A stretch of DNA of 64,000 bases from Candidatus Margulisiibacteriota bacterium (GCA_050250935.1 JBFWNS010000005.1:75523-139522), one strand, 5' to 3'; shown: positions 1 to 10,884, counted from the stretch's first letter. Notes: generated by a model not told the origin, from the letters alone. Made by a program: numbers and translations.

Positions 1-344
1 GCTTCGAGACCCCAGGTTTCGATGCCAGCGAGCAAAACTTCTGTGTCTGAATGGCCTTTCCAAGGGCCAGACAGGTCTTTTCTTAGGGAAAGGTAGTTGT
101 ATATTTCGCCATTAAACGCGATGACAAATCGGCCACTGGCACTGTGCATGGGCTGGTGACCGGCTTCACTTAAATCCACAATCGACAATCGCCGATGACC
201 CAATCCCATCTGGGACGAAGGATCAAACCAAGTTCCGTGGCTATCGGGTCCCCGATGCGCGATGCTGTTGGCCATTTGTTCCAAGAGTTGCTTGGCCTGT
301 TCAGGGTCTCTATCTCCACCTAAAAAGCCGAGGATGCCGCACAT
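1..344 (-). CDS. asnB: Asparagine synthase (glutamine-hydrolysing)-type amidotransferase, 5' part only, runs off window
   Basis: Manual translation from ATG at 344: MCGILGF...AHRGPD...LGHRRLSIVDLSEAGHQPM...FNGEIYN...HSDTEV, the class II glutamine amidotransferase N-terminus. Confidence 0.92.
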   Translation of the reverse strand, partial: MCGILGFLGGDRDPEQAKQLLEQMANSIAHRGPDSHGTWFDPSSQMGLGHRRLSIVDLSEAGHQPMHSASGRFVIAFNGEIYNYLSLRKDLSGPWKGHSDTEVLLAGIETWGLE

Positions 345-346
345 GC

Positions 347-1540
347 CTAGGCCCCCTTCCTGCTATTGGCGTTGGCGAGTTCTCGGTACAAGTCGTGGTA
401 TTTTTTGGCAATGATAGCCAGAGAAAAGTGATTGGCTATCCGTTGTTTGCCGCGTTGGCCAATGCTTAAACGTTCTTCTGGGGATTTTTGGCACATGGCC
501 AAGAGTGCTTCCCCCAAGGCTTGGGAATTTTGTGGTGGAACAACGGTGCCTGTGTCGCCGATGATTTCTTGGGTGTCCCCAGCTTTTGTGACCACGCAGG
601 GGCGTTCCGTAATCATGGCTTCGCAAACCACATTCGGGAACCCTTCTGAAATGGAAGAAAAACAAAAGACATCCATTGCCGATAAAAAATCCGTTACATT
701 CGGCTGTTCGTCCACCAAATGGACCACGGCGCCAAGGCCTTGTTCTTGGATCCAGCTCATTAAGCGGGTGTTGTTTGTATTCAGATTCCGACCTACCAAA
801 AGAACGTGCAATTGGGGCAGATTCCGATAGACATAGCCGCAAGCGGTAATAAAGTTTTTGTAGTCTTTAACCGGATTAAATCGGCCAACGCCCCCAATAA
901 CCAATGCCGTTTTGGGGATACCCAGAGAGGTTCGGATGGCTTCTCTGGCGTTTGGATCGGGTTGAAGTTGGTCGATATCGTACCCATTGGGAATCACCAC
1001 CATCGGCTGAGGCGAGTACCCAAAAGCGGTATGCGAAGCCGCTGCTGCATGGGCACAACAGATGATGGTTTGGGGAACCCATTTCGACAGAAATGCATTT
1101 AGGTGTGCGATGAATTTGGTCATGGGGGCTTGTTCGGTCACGTTGGTGCACCGGATGTTCCAAACGATGTTGCGCATGCCAGTCAATTTTGCGGCCAACC
1201 CACCCAAACAATTGCCATGGTACATCCAGGTTTGAACAACAGTGGGCTTTAAGTGCCGAATATGACGATAAAGCTGAACCAAAATTCTAGGCGTGTCTAA
1301 AAACGATTTTGTGTGTAGCGCGGTTACTGGGATCCCCATATTTTGAAGTTCTTTTCCAATGGCCGTATCGCCTTTGGTTAGGGAAACAACGCTGTGAGAA
1401 AACTCTGGGTGGTTTTGATAGGCTAGAATGACCCGCTTTAACATGGTTTCGGCGCCGCCTACTTGCAATCCAATAATAATATGCAGAACAGAAATGGGGG
1501 CTGAAGTTCCACCGGTTGTTTGGTTTGAAGAAGGGGTCAT
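347..1540 (-). CDS. GT4 family glycosyltransferase
   Basis: GLQVGGAE N-terminal motif, VIPNG, GRFNPVKD, EGFPNVVCEAM (EX7E). Confidence 0.9.
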   Translation of the reverse strand: MTPSSNQTTGGTSAPISVLHIIIGLQVGGAETMLKRVILAYQNHPEFSHSVVSLTKGDTAIGKELQNMGIPVTALHTKSFLDTPRILVQLYRHIRHLKPTVVQTWMYHGNCLGGLAAKLTGMRNIVWNIRCTNVTEQAPMTKFIAHLNAFLSKWVPQTIICCAHAAAASHTAFGYSPQPMVVIPNGYDIDQLQPDPNAREAIRTSLGIPKTALVIGGVGRFNPVKDYKNFITACGYVYRNLPQLHVLLVGRNLNTNNTRLMSWIQEQGLGAVVHLVDEQPNVTDFLSAMDVFCFSSISEGFPNVVCEAMITERPCVVTKAGDTQEIIGDTGTVVPPQNSQALGEALLAMCQKSPEERLSIGQRGKQRIANHFSLAIIAKKYHDLYRELANANSRKGA

Positions 1541-1672
1541 GGTTTGTCATTCTATCGTATTCGTTCAAAAAATGAACAGTTTGAATGTGTTTGGTGATGA
1601 TTGAAGTTGAAAAAAACAAGGATAAACTTTATTCTGGCCTTAAAATCAACCATCGTGGACGAGGGGAATTCA

Positions 1673-2329
1673 GTGACGCAAGAGCTTTGGTGGCTTGACG
1701 ATGTTAAGGCTATTTTTCGGAAATGGTATATTTTGGTCCTATTCACTTTAATCGGGCTTGGGGTTGCCTTTCTTTATAACAAATCGGTGCCTTTTTTGTA
1801 TCTATCCCGGGCTACTTTGATTGTTCAGGGGTCTTCTCAATCGTCGTCTTTTAGTGGGTATGCCCGGTTGTTTGATGTGTCGTTACCCTCTGATATTACG
1901 GATACCACCAGTCGCTTGCTCAATAGCAGCCGTCTTAGCAACCGCGTTGTAAAGCTTGTGGCGCAAAAAAATAACCTCGAGGTTGCTGAACTTGAAAAGC
2001 AGATTCGGCAAGGCTCGATTGTGATTGGCCAAGACAAGAACTTTTTTACGCTTCTGGTGACACTGCCTTCTCCACAATTGGCTCAGCAGATGGCCCAGAC
2101 TTATTTGTTGGCCTTGAATCAGTTAAATGTAGAGCTGGAATTAACCTCTCAAAAACAATTTTTTATTGTGATTGATGAACCTAGTTTGGGACTTGATCCG
2201 GTTTCTCCAAACAAACGCTTAAATTTGATTTTGGGTGGTGTGATTGGGCTGCTGATGGGTGTTCTGTTGGCCCTATTTGTGAACTGGATTCAACGGCTTA
2301 AAGCAACCCCCGAAGAAGGACTATCGTAA
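1673..2329 (+). CDS. Short polysaccharide co-polymerase / chain-length determinant (Wzz/CapA-like)
   Basis: Two TM segments, Y-x-S-x-A-T-L after TM1, PVSPNKRLNLILGGVIGLLMG Pro/Gly motif before TM2. Start moved to GTG 1673 behind GAGGGG. Confidence 0.8.
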   Translation: MTQELWWLDDVKAIFRKWYILVLFTLIGLGVAFLYNKSVPFLYLSRATLIVQGSSQSSSFSGYARLFDVSLPSDITDTTSRLLNSSRLSNRVVKLVAQKNNLEVAELEKQIRQGSIVIGQDKNFFTLLVTLPSPQLAQQMAQTYLLALNQLNVELELTSQKQFFIVIDEPSLGLDPVSPNKRLNLILGGVIGLLMGVLLALFVNWIQRLKATPEEGLS

Positions 2330-3279
2330 TGGCTAAGTATTTGATTACGGGTGCCGCAGGTTTTATTGGTTCAAATTTGGTGTCGCATTTGTTGGATGCG
2401 GGGCAGACTGTGGTTGCATTGGATAATTTTTCGGGTGGTTTTCGGGAAAACTTGGCTTTTGTAGAACAGCACCCCAATGCCCATTTGTTTCGTTTAATCG
2501 ATGGGGATATTCGGGATTTCAAGACCTGCCAAGAGGCCTGTGATGGGGCAACTTATGTGTTGCACCAAGGGGCTTTGGGTTCGGTTCCCCGTTCGATGAC
2601 GGATCCAGCGCTGTATCATGAAAACAACATTACCGGGACCTTGAATATGTTGATGGCGGCCAAGGAAGCGGGTGTTAAACGGTTTGTATTTGCTTCCTCT
2701 TCGTCGGTTTATGGCGATACTCCGACTTTGCCTAAAGAGGAAACCATGTTCCCCAATCCAAAGTCGCCCTATGCGGTTACCAAACTCACTGGCGAATACT
2801 ATTGCAAGATTTTCTGGACGGCCTATGGGTTGCCAACGGTGATGTTGCGCTATTTTAATATTTTTGGACCTCGTCAGAACCCCAATTCCCAATATTCAGC
2901 GGTTATTCCCAAATTTATTACGGCTTGTATAAAACAAGAATCCCCGATTATTTTTGGCAATGGCGAACAAACCCGAGACTTTACCTTTGTTGAAAATGTC
3001 ATTCAAGCCAATCTTCGTGCTTGCGAAGCCCCCCAAGAAGCGTTTGGGCAACCCATTAATATTGGCTGTGGGTCTCGGATTTCTTTGAATCATCTGGCCA
3101 AGAACATTCAAGCTATTTTGAAGTGCGATCACCTGCCCATCGAATATCAAGCGCCTCGGATAGGCGATGTTCAAGATAGTTTGGCGGCTACAGAACGGAT
3201 GAAAAATTGGTTGGGCCTAACAACGCCAATTTCCCTTGAAGAAGGGCTTTATAAAACCACGACTTTTTATACGTGTTGA
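2329..3279 (+). CDS. NAD-dependent nucleotide-sugar 4-epimerase (WbpP/TviC-like)
   Basis: GAAGFIGS, HQGALGSVPRS, ASSSSVYG, SPYAVTK (YxxxK), LRYFNIFGPRQ. Confidence 0.9.
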   Translation: MAKYLITGAAGFIGSNLVSHLLDAGQTVVALDNFSGGFRENLAFVEQHPNAHLFRLIDGDIRDFKTCQEACDGATYVLHQGALGSVPRSMTDPALYHENNITGTLNMLMAAKEAGVKRFVFASSSSVYGDTPTLPKEETMFPNPKSPYAVTKLTGEYYCKIFWTAYGLPTVMLRYFNIFGPRQNPNSQYSAVIPKFITACIKQESPIIFGNGEQTRDFTFVENVIQANLRACEAPQEAFGQPINIGCGSRISLNHLAKNIQAILKCDHLPIEYQAPRIGDVQDSLAATERMKNWLGLTTPISLEEGLYKTTTFYTC

Positions 3280-4391
3280 ACCGATTTCCCAAAGAATCTG
3301 GACCAATAGGATTCTAGTCTAATTTTTAGAATATCCAGCATGGAGATGACGGGGTACTGTACAAGGGGCACTTTGGCACAAATATCGGCTAGTTTTTTGG
3401 CCACAGTGCTGCCCAAATAGGGTGTCGATGCGGCCTTGCAAGCCAACCCCAAGTTGATTTTTTTGTCGTCTGATAAGGCACAAAAACGACGAACTTCGGT
3501 TTCAAGATCGAGGGGCAATGCGCCTTCTGTTGGGTCTCCGAACATGGGTGTTTTTTCATGATCAAATGCCGAGAAAAACCCATAGGTTTTGGGGCCTTCT
3601 TCAGATTGAATGGCAATGAGAGCGGGTAAACCCATCATAGCGGCGTGGCACAGCGCAAACCCCATTCCAAAAAACAGGTCATGGTTGGCGACTGTTTTGG
3701 CAAATTCAGCTGGCGGTAACGCGTTGTGCAAATGTATGCGCTCGGGGTAGCGAAGTTTGGCAATGGCGTTTTCGAGGGTTGGTTTGGAAGGGCCTTCACC
3801 GTGGATGTGGTAATGGCTTTCTAGACCTTCTGTATTCAGTTGATCAATAACAGTCATCATATGGAGGATGCTGTAGAGTTTAAAATCGACGTAGCGCCCT
3901 ACGGTGATGACGCTTAATGCTGTTTTGGATGGACGTTTTAGGGCTTGGTTAGCCCCATTAAATCGGGATGCTCCAAAGGAAAATAGGGGGTTTCCGGGAA
4001 TCGGATAGCGCTGCATGCAGCTGGCATAGGCTGTTTGGGAATTGTAGACAATGGCAGAGGCCGGCGTGTGGGCTAGGATGTTTTGAAAAATAGAGGCTCT
4101 GGTTTTGGAATAGTGCTGATTCAGCATGACCTCCCACTGTTGGGGATGGTAAACCCCCATCAGAACGGGGATATTTTTCTTGAGTCGCTGTAAGACCCAG
4201 ATGCCGATTAAGGCATCGGTGCTGGATAGGCAAAAAAGATGGGTAATCGCAGACGGTTTGGAACGCAGTAGCTGGATAAGGTCGCGGGTGGTTTCGGCCA
4301 CCACAAACCGAGGGTCCAGTTCGGGCAAAGATCGCCTGATTTCGTGAATTCCGTTTAATTCTTGGCTGCGAGAAAAAACCGCAATTTTCAT
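3267..4391 (-). CDS. Probable GT-B fold glycosyltransferase
   Basis: VITVGRYVDFK, HIHGEGP, DLFFGMG...AAMMGLP; operon context. Confidence 0.6.
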   Translation of the reverse strand: MKIAVFSRSQELNGIHEIRRSLPELDPRFVVAETTRDLIQLLRSKPSAITHLFCLSSTDALIGIWVLQRLKKNIPVLMGVYHPQQWEVMLNQHYSKTRASIFQNILAHTPASAIVYNSQTAYASCMQRYPIPGNPLFSFGASRFNGANQALKRPSKTALSVITVGRYVDFKLYSILHMMTVIDQLNTEGLESHYHIHGEGPSKPTLENAIAKLRYPERIHLHNALPPAEFAKTVANHDLFFGMGFALCHAAMMGLPALIAIQSEEGPKTYGFFSAFDHEKTPMFGDPTEGALPLDLETEVRRFCALSDDKKINLGLACKAASTPYLGSTVAKKLADICAKVPLVQYPVISMLDILKIRLESYWSRFFGKSVQHV

Positions 4392-5635
4392 GAGGGGGTC
4401 TCGATGGCAAAGAGGGTGTTAAGCACAGGGGTGACGGTTAAATAGTGCTCGGCGAATGTTTTAGAATCGTTTGAAATACGCTCAAAAAACGAAAGATCTT
4501 CGAGTTTGACCAACCACTCGTAAACCGCTTCTGGGGTTTTGGCTTGGCAAACGGGATGGTCTTCTGGCCATATTTTTGTGCTTAAAGCCCTTTCAATGTT
4601 GGCGATTAAAGGTTTCCCTAGCCAAAGGGCATAGCCCCCAATGGCGCCCATCCAATGCTCTCCCAATTGGTCAAAGCAAATATCCGATTGATTATAGAGG
4701 GCCAATAGCGATTTAAACGGCATAATGGGGTACCAGACCACGACTTTGTCTAGACCCAGTTGTGCACAGAGTTCTTTGGCATAGGGAACATCGCCACCTT
4801 TTTCGACAAAATGAATGCGAATGTTGGGGTTTCGTTTGTGATACAGTGCCAATCCTTGAATGATATGATCGTTGCCCAGGCTGCAGCCGGAATCCCCATA
4901 GGCAAAGGTTCCAAATAAAAACCGAACCCCCGAAAAAATCTCCAGCGGTTTTTGGGGGGGTCTAAAGGCTCTGGGTTCGTTTTTTAAGGGTTCAAACGAG
5001 ATGTCGTAACGGGGAATATGAGGGACGCCTTCTGCTTTTAGTTTTTCTAGAAGAACATCGGCAATGGGGTTAAACCCTTTTGGAAAATAAATGACAGCCT
5101 TGCTTTGTTTAAAGCCCGCGTATTGATTGTGAACAATACGGGTAATAAGGCATTTTGAAATCCATTTGGGCAAATATTTAAAAAAAGAGAGGTGTGTTGA
5201 TCGTTGAACAATGTCCGCTACATTTTCGCAGTCTGCCCAACCATCCAAATCGGAGCCATGGGACAGCGCAAAGCAAGGTCCGCTTTTTAAGTAGGGGGCC
5301 AGGGATGTAAAAAAACCATTTAAAATATACACAGTCGGTTTTTGCCCTGCTTTTTTGTGCAAACGCCACTCAAAAAAACGAGCGAAGAATTTGGGGAAAA
5401 GGGCTAAAAAAAGTTGTGTGGGGAGCCACGTTTCAACAATCCAGTCAGGGTAGGGGTATTGGACCTCTGGAAAATGGTGCTCTGGCCGAGATAGCCAATC
5501 CCGTTTCGGGGCATCGACATGGTAGAGCACCCGAATCCCTTGCTGTTTTAGGTGTTGTGCATAGGCCATGGGCATGGCATTCATGGACCCTAAAAAAGCA
5601 ACAAGACTGGTCGAGTTTAGGGATAGTGGTTTCAT
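4388..5635 (-). CDS. Probable GT-B fold glycosyltransferase
   Basis: SHGSD, SDICFDQ...ALWLGKPLI acceptor/donor motifs; operon context. Confidence 0.6.
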   Translation of the reverse strand: MKPLSLNSTSLVAFLGSMNAMPMAYAQHLKQQGIRVLYHVDAPKRDWLSRPEHHFPEVQYPYPDWIVETWLPTQLFLALFPKFFARFFEWRLHKKAGQKPTVYILNGFFTSLAPYLKSGPCFALSHGSDLDGWADCENVADIVQRSTHLSFFKYLPKWISKCLITRIVHNQYAGFKQSKAVIYFPKGFNPIADVLLEKLKAEGVPHIPRYDISFEPLKNEPRAFRPPQKPLEIFSGVRFLFGTFAYGDSGCSLGNDHIIQGLALYHKRNPNIRIHFVEKGGDVPYAKELCAQLGLDKVVVWYPIMPFKSLLALYNQSDICFDQLGEHWMGAIGGYALWLGKPLIANIERALSTKIWPEDHPVCQAKTPEAVYEWLVKLEDLSFFERISNDSKTFAEHYLTVTPVLNTLFAIETPS

Positions 5636-7155
5636 GCGGATAGCCGGTTTATCAGTTGGGTTTTTAACGACAGTAAGGTTGTTCTAAAAAAAGAAGATCC
5701 CATAGCGGTTATGCCGATCACCGTCATTGTGATGAGCCCCAGAAATCCGACAACCCAAAAACGGTTGGCCGGTAAGTGAATAAAGTGAGCAATCACCCAG
5801 GTAGAAAGTCCTGATAACACGACAAGGGGCAAAATGTCCGAAAAAAGCCATTTCCAATGAAGGTCTTTAAAAAACCGGTTGTGCACCAGCGGGGTCCAAA
5901 ACAATAAGTAGGCCAAGGTCACGCAAAGCCAGGTAGCCCCAGCACCCATAACCCCAAAGTGTAAGGTGCTCCAAATGAAGGCTGGAATCAATACGGTAAT
6001 CAGTAGCCCACTTCCCAGAATGTGAAGTTTAATATCCCCTTTGGCAAATTGCAGATAAAAGGGGAAGGCAATCAGGGCAAATAGGCCGTTGCCAAGGGCA
6101 TACAGGGTTAAGGTGATGGCTGCGTTTTGGGCGACCAGTGCATTGTTGGTCCAGGCCAATAAAATTGGATGGGCAAAGAAGGCCAAGATCCAGGCCAAGG
6201 GCAAAGCAATCACGCCAACGAATTGTGTGGTGTTTCGGTACAGTCGAATAAACTGGGTGTGGTCTTTCTGGGCATTTAGGTTGGTTAATCTTGGAATAAT
6301 GGGGGCGCTAATGGGGCTGGTTGCCAGTAAAACACCGCTGGCGCAGATGACGCCCAATGTAAAATAGGCGTAATCAGACAGCGAAAGTAATTTGGATAAA
6401 ATGAGTTTGTCGGTTTGCAAAATAAAGGTGTTGATCCCCGAGGTAAAGGCAATCCCCAAAGAAAAGCCTAAAATTGGTTTTAGGGTTTCCAACTTCCAAT
6501 TGGGCTTTTCGGGTAAAGCTGGCATTAAACGGTAGGCATACAGGGATAAAACCGTTAACTCTAAAACAGCCACAATCAGCTGATAGGCAAAAAAAGTTGA
6601 AGGGGCTGCACTGATCCAGATTAAAACCGGTAAAACCAAAATAAACCGTGCGGTTGTGGTGGCAAAATTAAAGCTGCTTAGCCATCCGAATTGTTCAAAG
6701 CCCGTCACCACACTGCGATAGAGACAGGCCACCCACCGTAGCGTAATAATCAGTGAAATTAAGATCATCGACAGTTTAATTTCGTGGACCGAGAGGGTTT
6801 GGACCTTAAGCCAATGTTGGCTGAGGTAGTTTGAACTTAAGATCATCACAACAGCGCCGATACCGGCAGTGCCCAAAAAGAAGTAGGTGAGAACCCGTAG
6901 CAGATGCCACAGGTGATCCGACTTTACGTCCCCGCCGTTGTACCGAGCGGTTTCTCTGGCCATGGTTGGCGAAAGGCCGACATCAAGCAGTTGAAACCAG
7001 GCTTGTAACATGCCAAAAAAGCCAATTAATCCATAGGCTTCTATCCCCATATAGTTGACATAGAGGGGCATAATCACAATGCCGATGAGGGAAATATAAA
7101 ATTGGCTTATCGAAGTAACAAGAACATTAAAGCGAAAAGAGACTGGTTTTTTCAT
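5632..7155 (-). CDS. wzx: Wzx oligosaccharide flippase
   Basis: About 12-14 hydrophobic segments, G-x-E-A-Y-G, LLDVGL, QTDKLILSKLL motifs. Confidence 0.88.
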   Translation of the reverse strand: MKKPVSFRFNVLVTSISQFYISLIGIVIMPLYVNYMGIEAYGLIGFFGMLQAWFQLLDVGLSPTMARETARYNGGDVKSDHLWHLLRVLTYFFLGTAGIGAVVMILSSNYLSQHWLKVQTLSVHEIKLSMILISLIITLRWVACLYRSVVTGFEQFGWLSSFNFATTTARFILVLPVLIWISAAPSTFFAYQLIVAVLELTVLSLYAYRLMPALPEKPNWKLETLKPILGFSLGIAFTSGINTFILQTDKLILSKLLSLSDYAYFTLGVICASGVLLATSPISAPIIPRLTNLNAQKDHTQFIRLYRNTTQFVGVIALPLAWILAFFAHPILLAWTNNALVAQNAAITLTLYALGNGLFALIAFPFYLQFAKGDIKLHILGSGLLITVLIPAFIWSTLHFGVMGAGATWLCVTLAYLLFWTPLVHNRFFKDLHWKWLFSDILPLVVLSGLSTWVIAHFIHLPANRFWVVGFLGLITMTVIGITAMGSSFFRTTLLSLKTQLINRLSA

Positions 7156-7723
7156 GGTGTGGAAGCGAGTCTAAAAACTGCTGTTCAAGGTCTAAAAGGG
7201 TTTGTTCTCTGTGTCCGACGGGTCGGGCTGGAGAACCGAGGTAGCTCACAAATTCTTTGCAATTTTGGGTGACTAAACTTAAGGCGCCTACCGAGGCTCC
7301 TGTTTTTAGGGTAACCCCAGGTAATACCACGGTTCCAGAGCCCAATATAACATGTTTTTCTAAAACAACGGGGGCATGATTTACTTGGGTAAACGTGGTG
7401 GGAACCATGGGGTTGGTCATGGCTTTGCCAGAATAGTCATCGCTGCTGCTGTAAATGGCTACTTTCGAGGAAATGCTAACAAAATTGCCCAAGGTAATGG
7501 GTGCTGCCCCAATCAAAGAGGTGTACACCGCGATATGAACATAATGCCCAATGTCGATGCCGCCTTGTCCTGCGGATAAAACACAAAAATCGTCGATGCG
7601 AACATGGCTGCCGATGCGAATATTTTGGGTTCCATAATACGAGGCTTTGTCGGATAGCCAAACAGGATTGCCCACCGAAGCAAACCCCATGTTTTGTATC
7701 TGGTCTTGTGTAAGCCAGCCCAT
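7127..7723 (-). CDS. Hexapeptide-repeat sugar acyltransferase
   Basis: Left-handed beta-helix repeats (IRIGSHVRIDDFC, VILGSGTVVLPGV, GSPAR). Confidence 0.88.
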   Translation of the reverse strand: MGWLTQDQIQNMGFASVGNPVWLSDKASYYGTQNIRIGSHVRIDDFCVLSAGQGGIDIGHYVHIAVYTSLIGAAPITLGNFVSISSKVAIYSSSDDYSGKAMTNPMVPTTFTQVNHAPVVLEKHVILGSGTVVLPGVTLKTGASVGALSLVTQNCKEFVSYLGSPARPVGHREQTLLDLEQQFLDSLPHHEKTSLFSL

Positions 7724-7725
7724 GG

Positions 7726-8925
7726 TTAGTGGGGGTTCCTAATATAGGCTGCAATTTGGGTGCAGTCTTCTGGCGACAGCTCTGAAAACAGGGGTAAACA
7801 CAGCACTTTTTCTGCGGTTTCGGTAGCAATAGGGAGGTTTTTGTGGTTGGCAGAGGGCAGGTGTTGGTACATCGAAAAGGTCGAGATTAAGGGGTAAAAA
7901 TAGCGTCGGCTATGAATCTCGTTTTGTTTAAGGAAGGTATAGAGGTCGTCTCGGCTGAGTGGGAAAGGATCGTGGACCAGAATGGGAAAGTAGGCATAAT
8001 TGTGCGTGTAGTGGTCTGCGCTTGGCATGAGGGTGATGCCCGGAATACCTTGGAGGAGGTGTCGGTATAGGCTATCGATGGCTTTGCGTTTGGCAATATG
8101 TTCGTTTACGTGGCGAAGTTGAAGCAGACCCATTGCCGCATTCAGTTCGCACATTTTGCCGTTTATCCCGGGTTGGGAGACCGTGACTTCGTCGACGATT
8201 CCAAAGTTTTTAAGTCGATCAATATGCAGTTTGGTTTTGGCATCTGGGCACACAATGGCCCCACCTTCGAAGGTGTTGAAGACTTTGGTTGCATGGAAGC
8301 TTAATACAGACAGATCGCCGTGGTTTAAAATACTTTGCCCGTTTTCTTGAACCCCAAATGCATGGGCAGCATCATAGATCACTTTCAGGTTATGGCGCTT
8401 GGCAACGCGGTCTATGGCTTCGGTATTGCAGGGGGTTCCATAACAGTGTACCGCTAAAATGGCTGTGGTTTTGGGGGTGATGGCCGCTTCAATTCGAGCT
8501 GGATCGATGTTTAAGGTGTTCGGATCGATGTCTACAAAAACAGGGGTAATGGTGTTCCAAATTAAGGAATGGGCGGTTGCAATAAACGAATAGGGGGTGG
8601 TAATGACTTCGCCTTGAATATCCAAGGCTTGCAGGGCTGTTACCAAAGCAATCGTGCCATTGGTAAACAAAGAAATGTGTTGAACCCCCAAGTGGGTGCA
8701 CAAGGCCTCTTCCAGTTGCTGATGAAAAGGCCCGCCATTGGTTAAAATTTTGCTGGCCCAAATGGACTCTAGATAGGGAATAAATTCCTCTAGAGGGGGT
8801 AGGCTGGGTTGGGTGACATATAGGGGAGGATTTTTGGGAAGAGGGTTTGGTTCCACGCTTTGATCAAACACCAAATTGACCATTTTTTCAACGTTACTAT
8901 TTTTCTTAGGTGTACTTAACGGCAC
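7726..8925 (-). CDS. DegT/DnrJ/EryC1/StrS aminotransferase, VioA-like
   Basis: LTNGGPFHQQLE, YDAAHAFG, SFHATKVFNTFEGG (PLP lysine), GINGKM, RRYFYP; exact start uncertain. Confidence 0.9.
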   Translation of the reverse strand: MPLSTPKKNSNVEKMVNLVFDQSVEPNPLPKNPPLYVTQPSLPPLEEFIPYLESIWASKILTNGGPFHQQLEEALCTHLGVQHISLFTNGTIALVTALQALDIQGEVITTPYSFIATAHSLIWNTITPVFVDIDPNTLNIDPARIEAAITPKTTAILAVHCYGTPCNTEAIDRVAKRHNLKVIYDAAHAFGVQENGQSILNHGDLSVLSFHATKVFNTFEGGAIVCPDAKTKLHIDRLKNFGIVDEVTVSQPGINGKMCELNAAMGLLQLRHVNEHIAKRKAIDSLYRHLLQGIPGITLMPSADHYTHNYAYFPILVHDPFPLSRDDLYTFLKQNEIHSRRYFYPLISTFSMYQHLPSANHKNLPIATETAEKVLCLPLFSELSPEDCTQIAAYIRNPH

Positions 8926-9651
8926 TTAAATTGTTCCTGAATCCACAAAAATATTTTGACCGGTAATTGAAGCCGCTGCTTCAGAGAGTAAAAAGGCCGA
9001 GGTAGCTGCGACACTGGCTTTAGAAGTTTCTTTTTTGAGGGCGGTCCGACCGTAAATTTTATTGCGCTGCTCTTCGGAAAGGGTTTGGCTCATTTCTGTT
9101 TCCATAAAGCCAGCGACAATACAATTCGAGCGAATGCCGCGAATGCCCCATTCTCGGGCTGTGTTTTTGGAGAACGCTTCTAAAGCGCCTTTGGTGGCCG
9201 CATACATGGCCAGTCCTTTATACCCGGTGTGAACGCTAATGGACGAAATGTGAACAATAGATCCAGCCGTGCGGTGATAGAGCATATTACGAATCACTTG
9301 CTTGACCATCATCATAGGGGTAAAGACGTTGAGCTCGAACATGTGTTTAAGTGGATCGATATTCAAATTTGTAACGATATCATCATAGGCACTGGCGGCG
9401 TTGTTAATAAAACCGGCGATGGGGGTATCGAGGGTTAAATGGGTTTTGAATAGGCTGTCTTGAACACTTTCGGCTTTGCTAAGATCCAGCTCGATCAGGT
9501 GAAGGTGATCGGGGTAGGTGCGTTTAAGGGTTTCTAGGGCCGGCGGACAGCTTCGGCTGATGCCATAAACGGTGTGGCCGGTTTTAAGCAAATGATCCGC
9601 AATGGCTAGCCCCAGGCCTTTGGATACGCCAGAAACAACAATGTTTTTCAT
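8926..9651 (-). CDS. SDR oxidoreductase, FabG-like
   Basis: SGVSKGLG, INNA, YAATK, ITGQNIFVDSG. Confidence 0.9.
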   Translation of the reverse strand: MKNIVVSGVSKGLGLAIADHLLKTGHTVYGISRSCPPALETLKRTYPDHLHLIELDLSKAESVQDSLFKTHLTLDTPIAGFINNAASAYDDIVTNLNIDPLKHMFELNVFTPMMMVKQVIRNMLYHRTAGSIVHISSISVHTGYKGLAMYAATKGALEAFSKNTAREWGIRGIRSNCIVAGFMETEMSQTLSEEQRNKIYGRTALKKETSKASVAATSAFLLSEAAASITGQNIFVDSGTI

Positions 9652-10884
9652 TTAGGATCTCCTTATTTTACCGGTTCGGGTTGTGGATAGTGTCGGTATC
9701 TGTTGAATAAAGCGGGGGATTTTAAAGGGCTGTAAACGGTCTTTTAAAAAAAGGCGAATGGTTTTTTCTGACACTGGAACCGCGCTGACCACATCGCAAC
9801 ATAATACCGTTCCCAATACCGAATTGGGTTTTCCATAGACGTGGGCTGCCGTAATGTCGGGCAGGGCCAATAGGGCTTCTTCAACTTCAGTGGGGTTGAC
9901 TTTGTTGCCCCCAACATTAATCAAGTCGGTGTCGCGCCCCATAAATCGAAAAGTCAGTGGGGATTCGGTGATCACTTCGATGCGGTCCCCTGTTTTATAC
10001 CAGCCGTTTTGGGTGATGGCGGTTTCACTCTGTGCCAAGAGATCCTCGTGAACCCAGATTAAATTATCTTCGATTTTAATCAGGTGTTTCTGGTCGTCTT
10101 TTAACGAAAAAACGTCGCCATCAGCAGCCAGAATCGAGCCCAGTTCTGTCGAGGCATAAACGTTGGTCATTTTCGCGTTGGGAAAGACCTTTTTAAGGGC
10201 TGGCAGTAGACCTGCATCAAATTTTTCGCCCCCAAATGTCAGGCGTTGAACTTGGGGGAATTCCCGTTCGGTGGGCAGTAATAACCGAAAAAAAGTGGGG
10301 GTAGCCGACAGATGGGTAATGCCGTGTGTGTCCAGTAAGTTAAGAATATCTGCCGGGGCTTTTCCAAAAAGATTGACCAGGGGATTGCCGTTCAAAACCG
10401 CCTGTAAAAAAACCTGAATCCCTGCAATATGCGTGGGATTATAGGCCAATCCCCAGACATTGTTTGCAAACTTTGGTCCTTGCTTTATCCCTCGGGTTAA
10501 GGTGTTTAGGCTATGGGACACCCGCTTGGGAATGCCCGTGGTTCCCGAGGTAAATAAGCCCAATCGCCACTGCTTGGATTGGGACAGTTTTTGGATCAGC
10601 TCATCCACGCTTCCTAGGTTGGCTAGAGGTAGTAACGGTGTGGTGTGGTGGCGTTCTTCATCCGAAATTAAGGCCTTGATTTCAGCTTCAGAAAAGTCAC
10701 TGTCTAAAAGGGTGATGGGTTGGTCGTGTAGAAGGGAAACCAAAATGGCTTTAAACAACTCAGAAAGGCTTTTTTCTTGAACCGTTGTTTTGAACTGGGA
10801 ATGGGTCTTGCAAAGACTGTCTAGCAGTTCTGCATAGGTCATGTTGGTTTGGGGGGTATCAATCAGAAAATAAGCGTTTTTCAT
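9652..10884 (-). CDS. AMP-dependent acyl-CoA/acyl-ACP synthetase (ANL superfamily)
   Basis: FTSGTTGIPK, YASTE, WYKTGD, GRDTDLINVGG, TGKI. Confidence 0.9.
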   Translation of the reverse strand: MKNAYFLIDTPQTNMTYAELLDSLCKTHSQFKTTVQEKSLSELFKAILVSLLHDQPITLLDSDFSEAEIKALISDEERHHTTPLLPLANLGSVDELIQKLSQSKQWRLGLFTSGTTGIPKRVSHSLNTLTRGIKQGPKFANNVWGLAYNPTHIAGIQVFLQAVLNGNPLVNLFGKAPADILNLLDTHGITHLSATPTFFRLLLPTEREFPQVQRLTFGGEKFDAGLLPALKKVFPNAKMTNVYASTELGSILAADGDVFSLKDDQKHLIKIEDNLIWVHEDLLAQSETAITQNGWYKTGDRIEVITESPLTFRFMGRDTDLINVGGNKVNPTEVEEALLALPDITAAHVYGKPNSVLGTVLCCDVVSAVPVSEKTIRLFLKDRLQPFKIPRFIQQIPTLSTTRTGKIRRS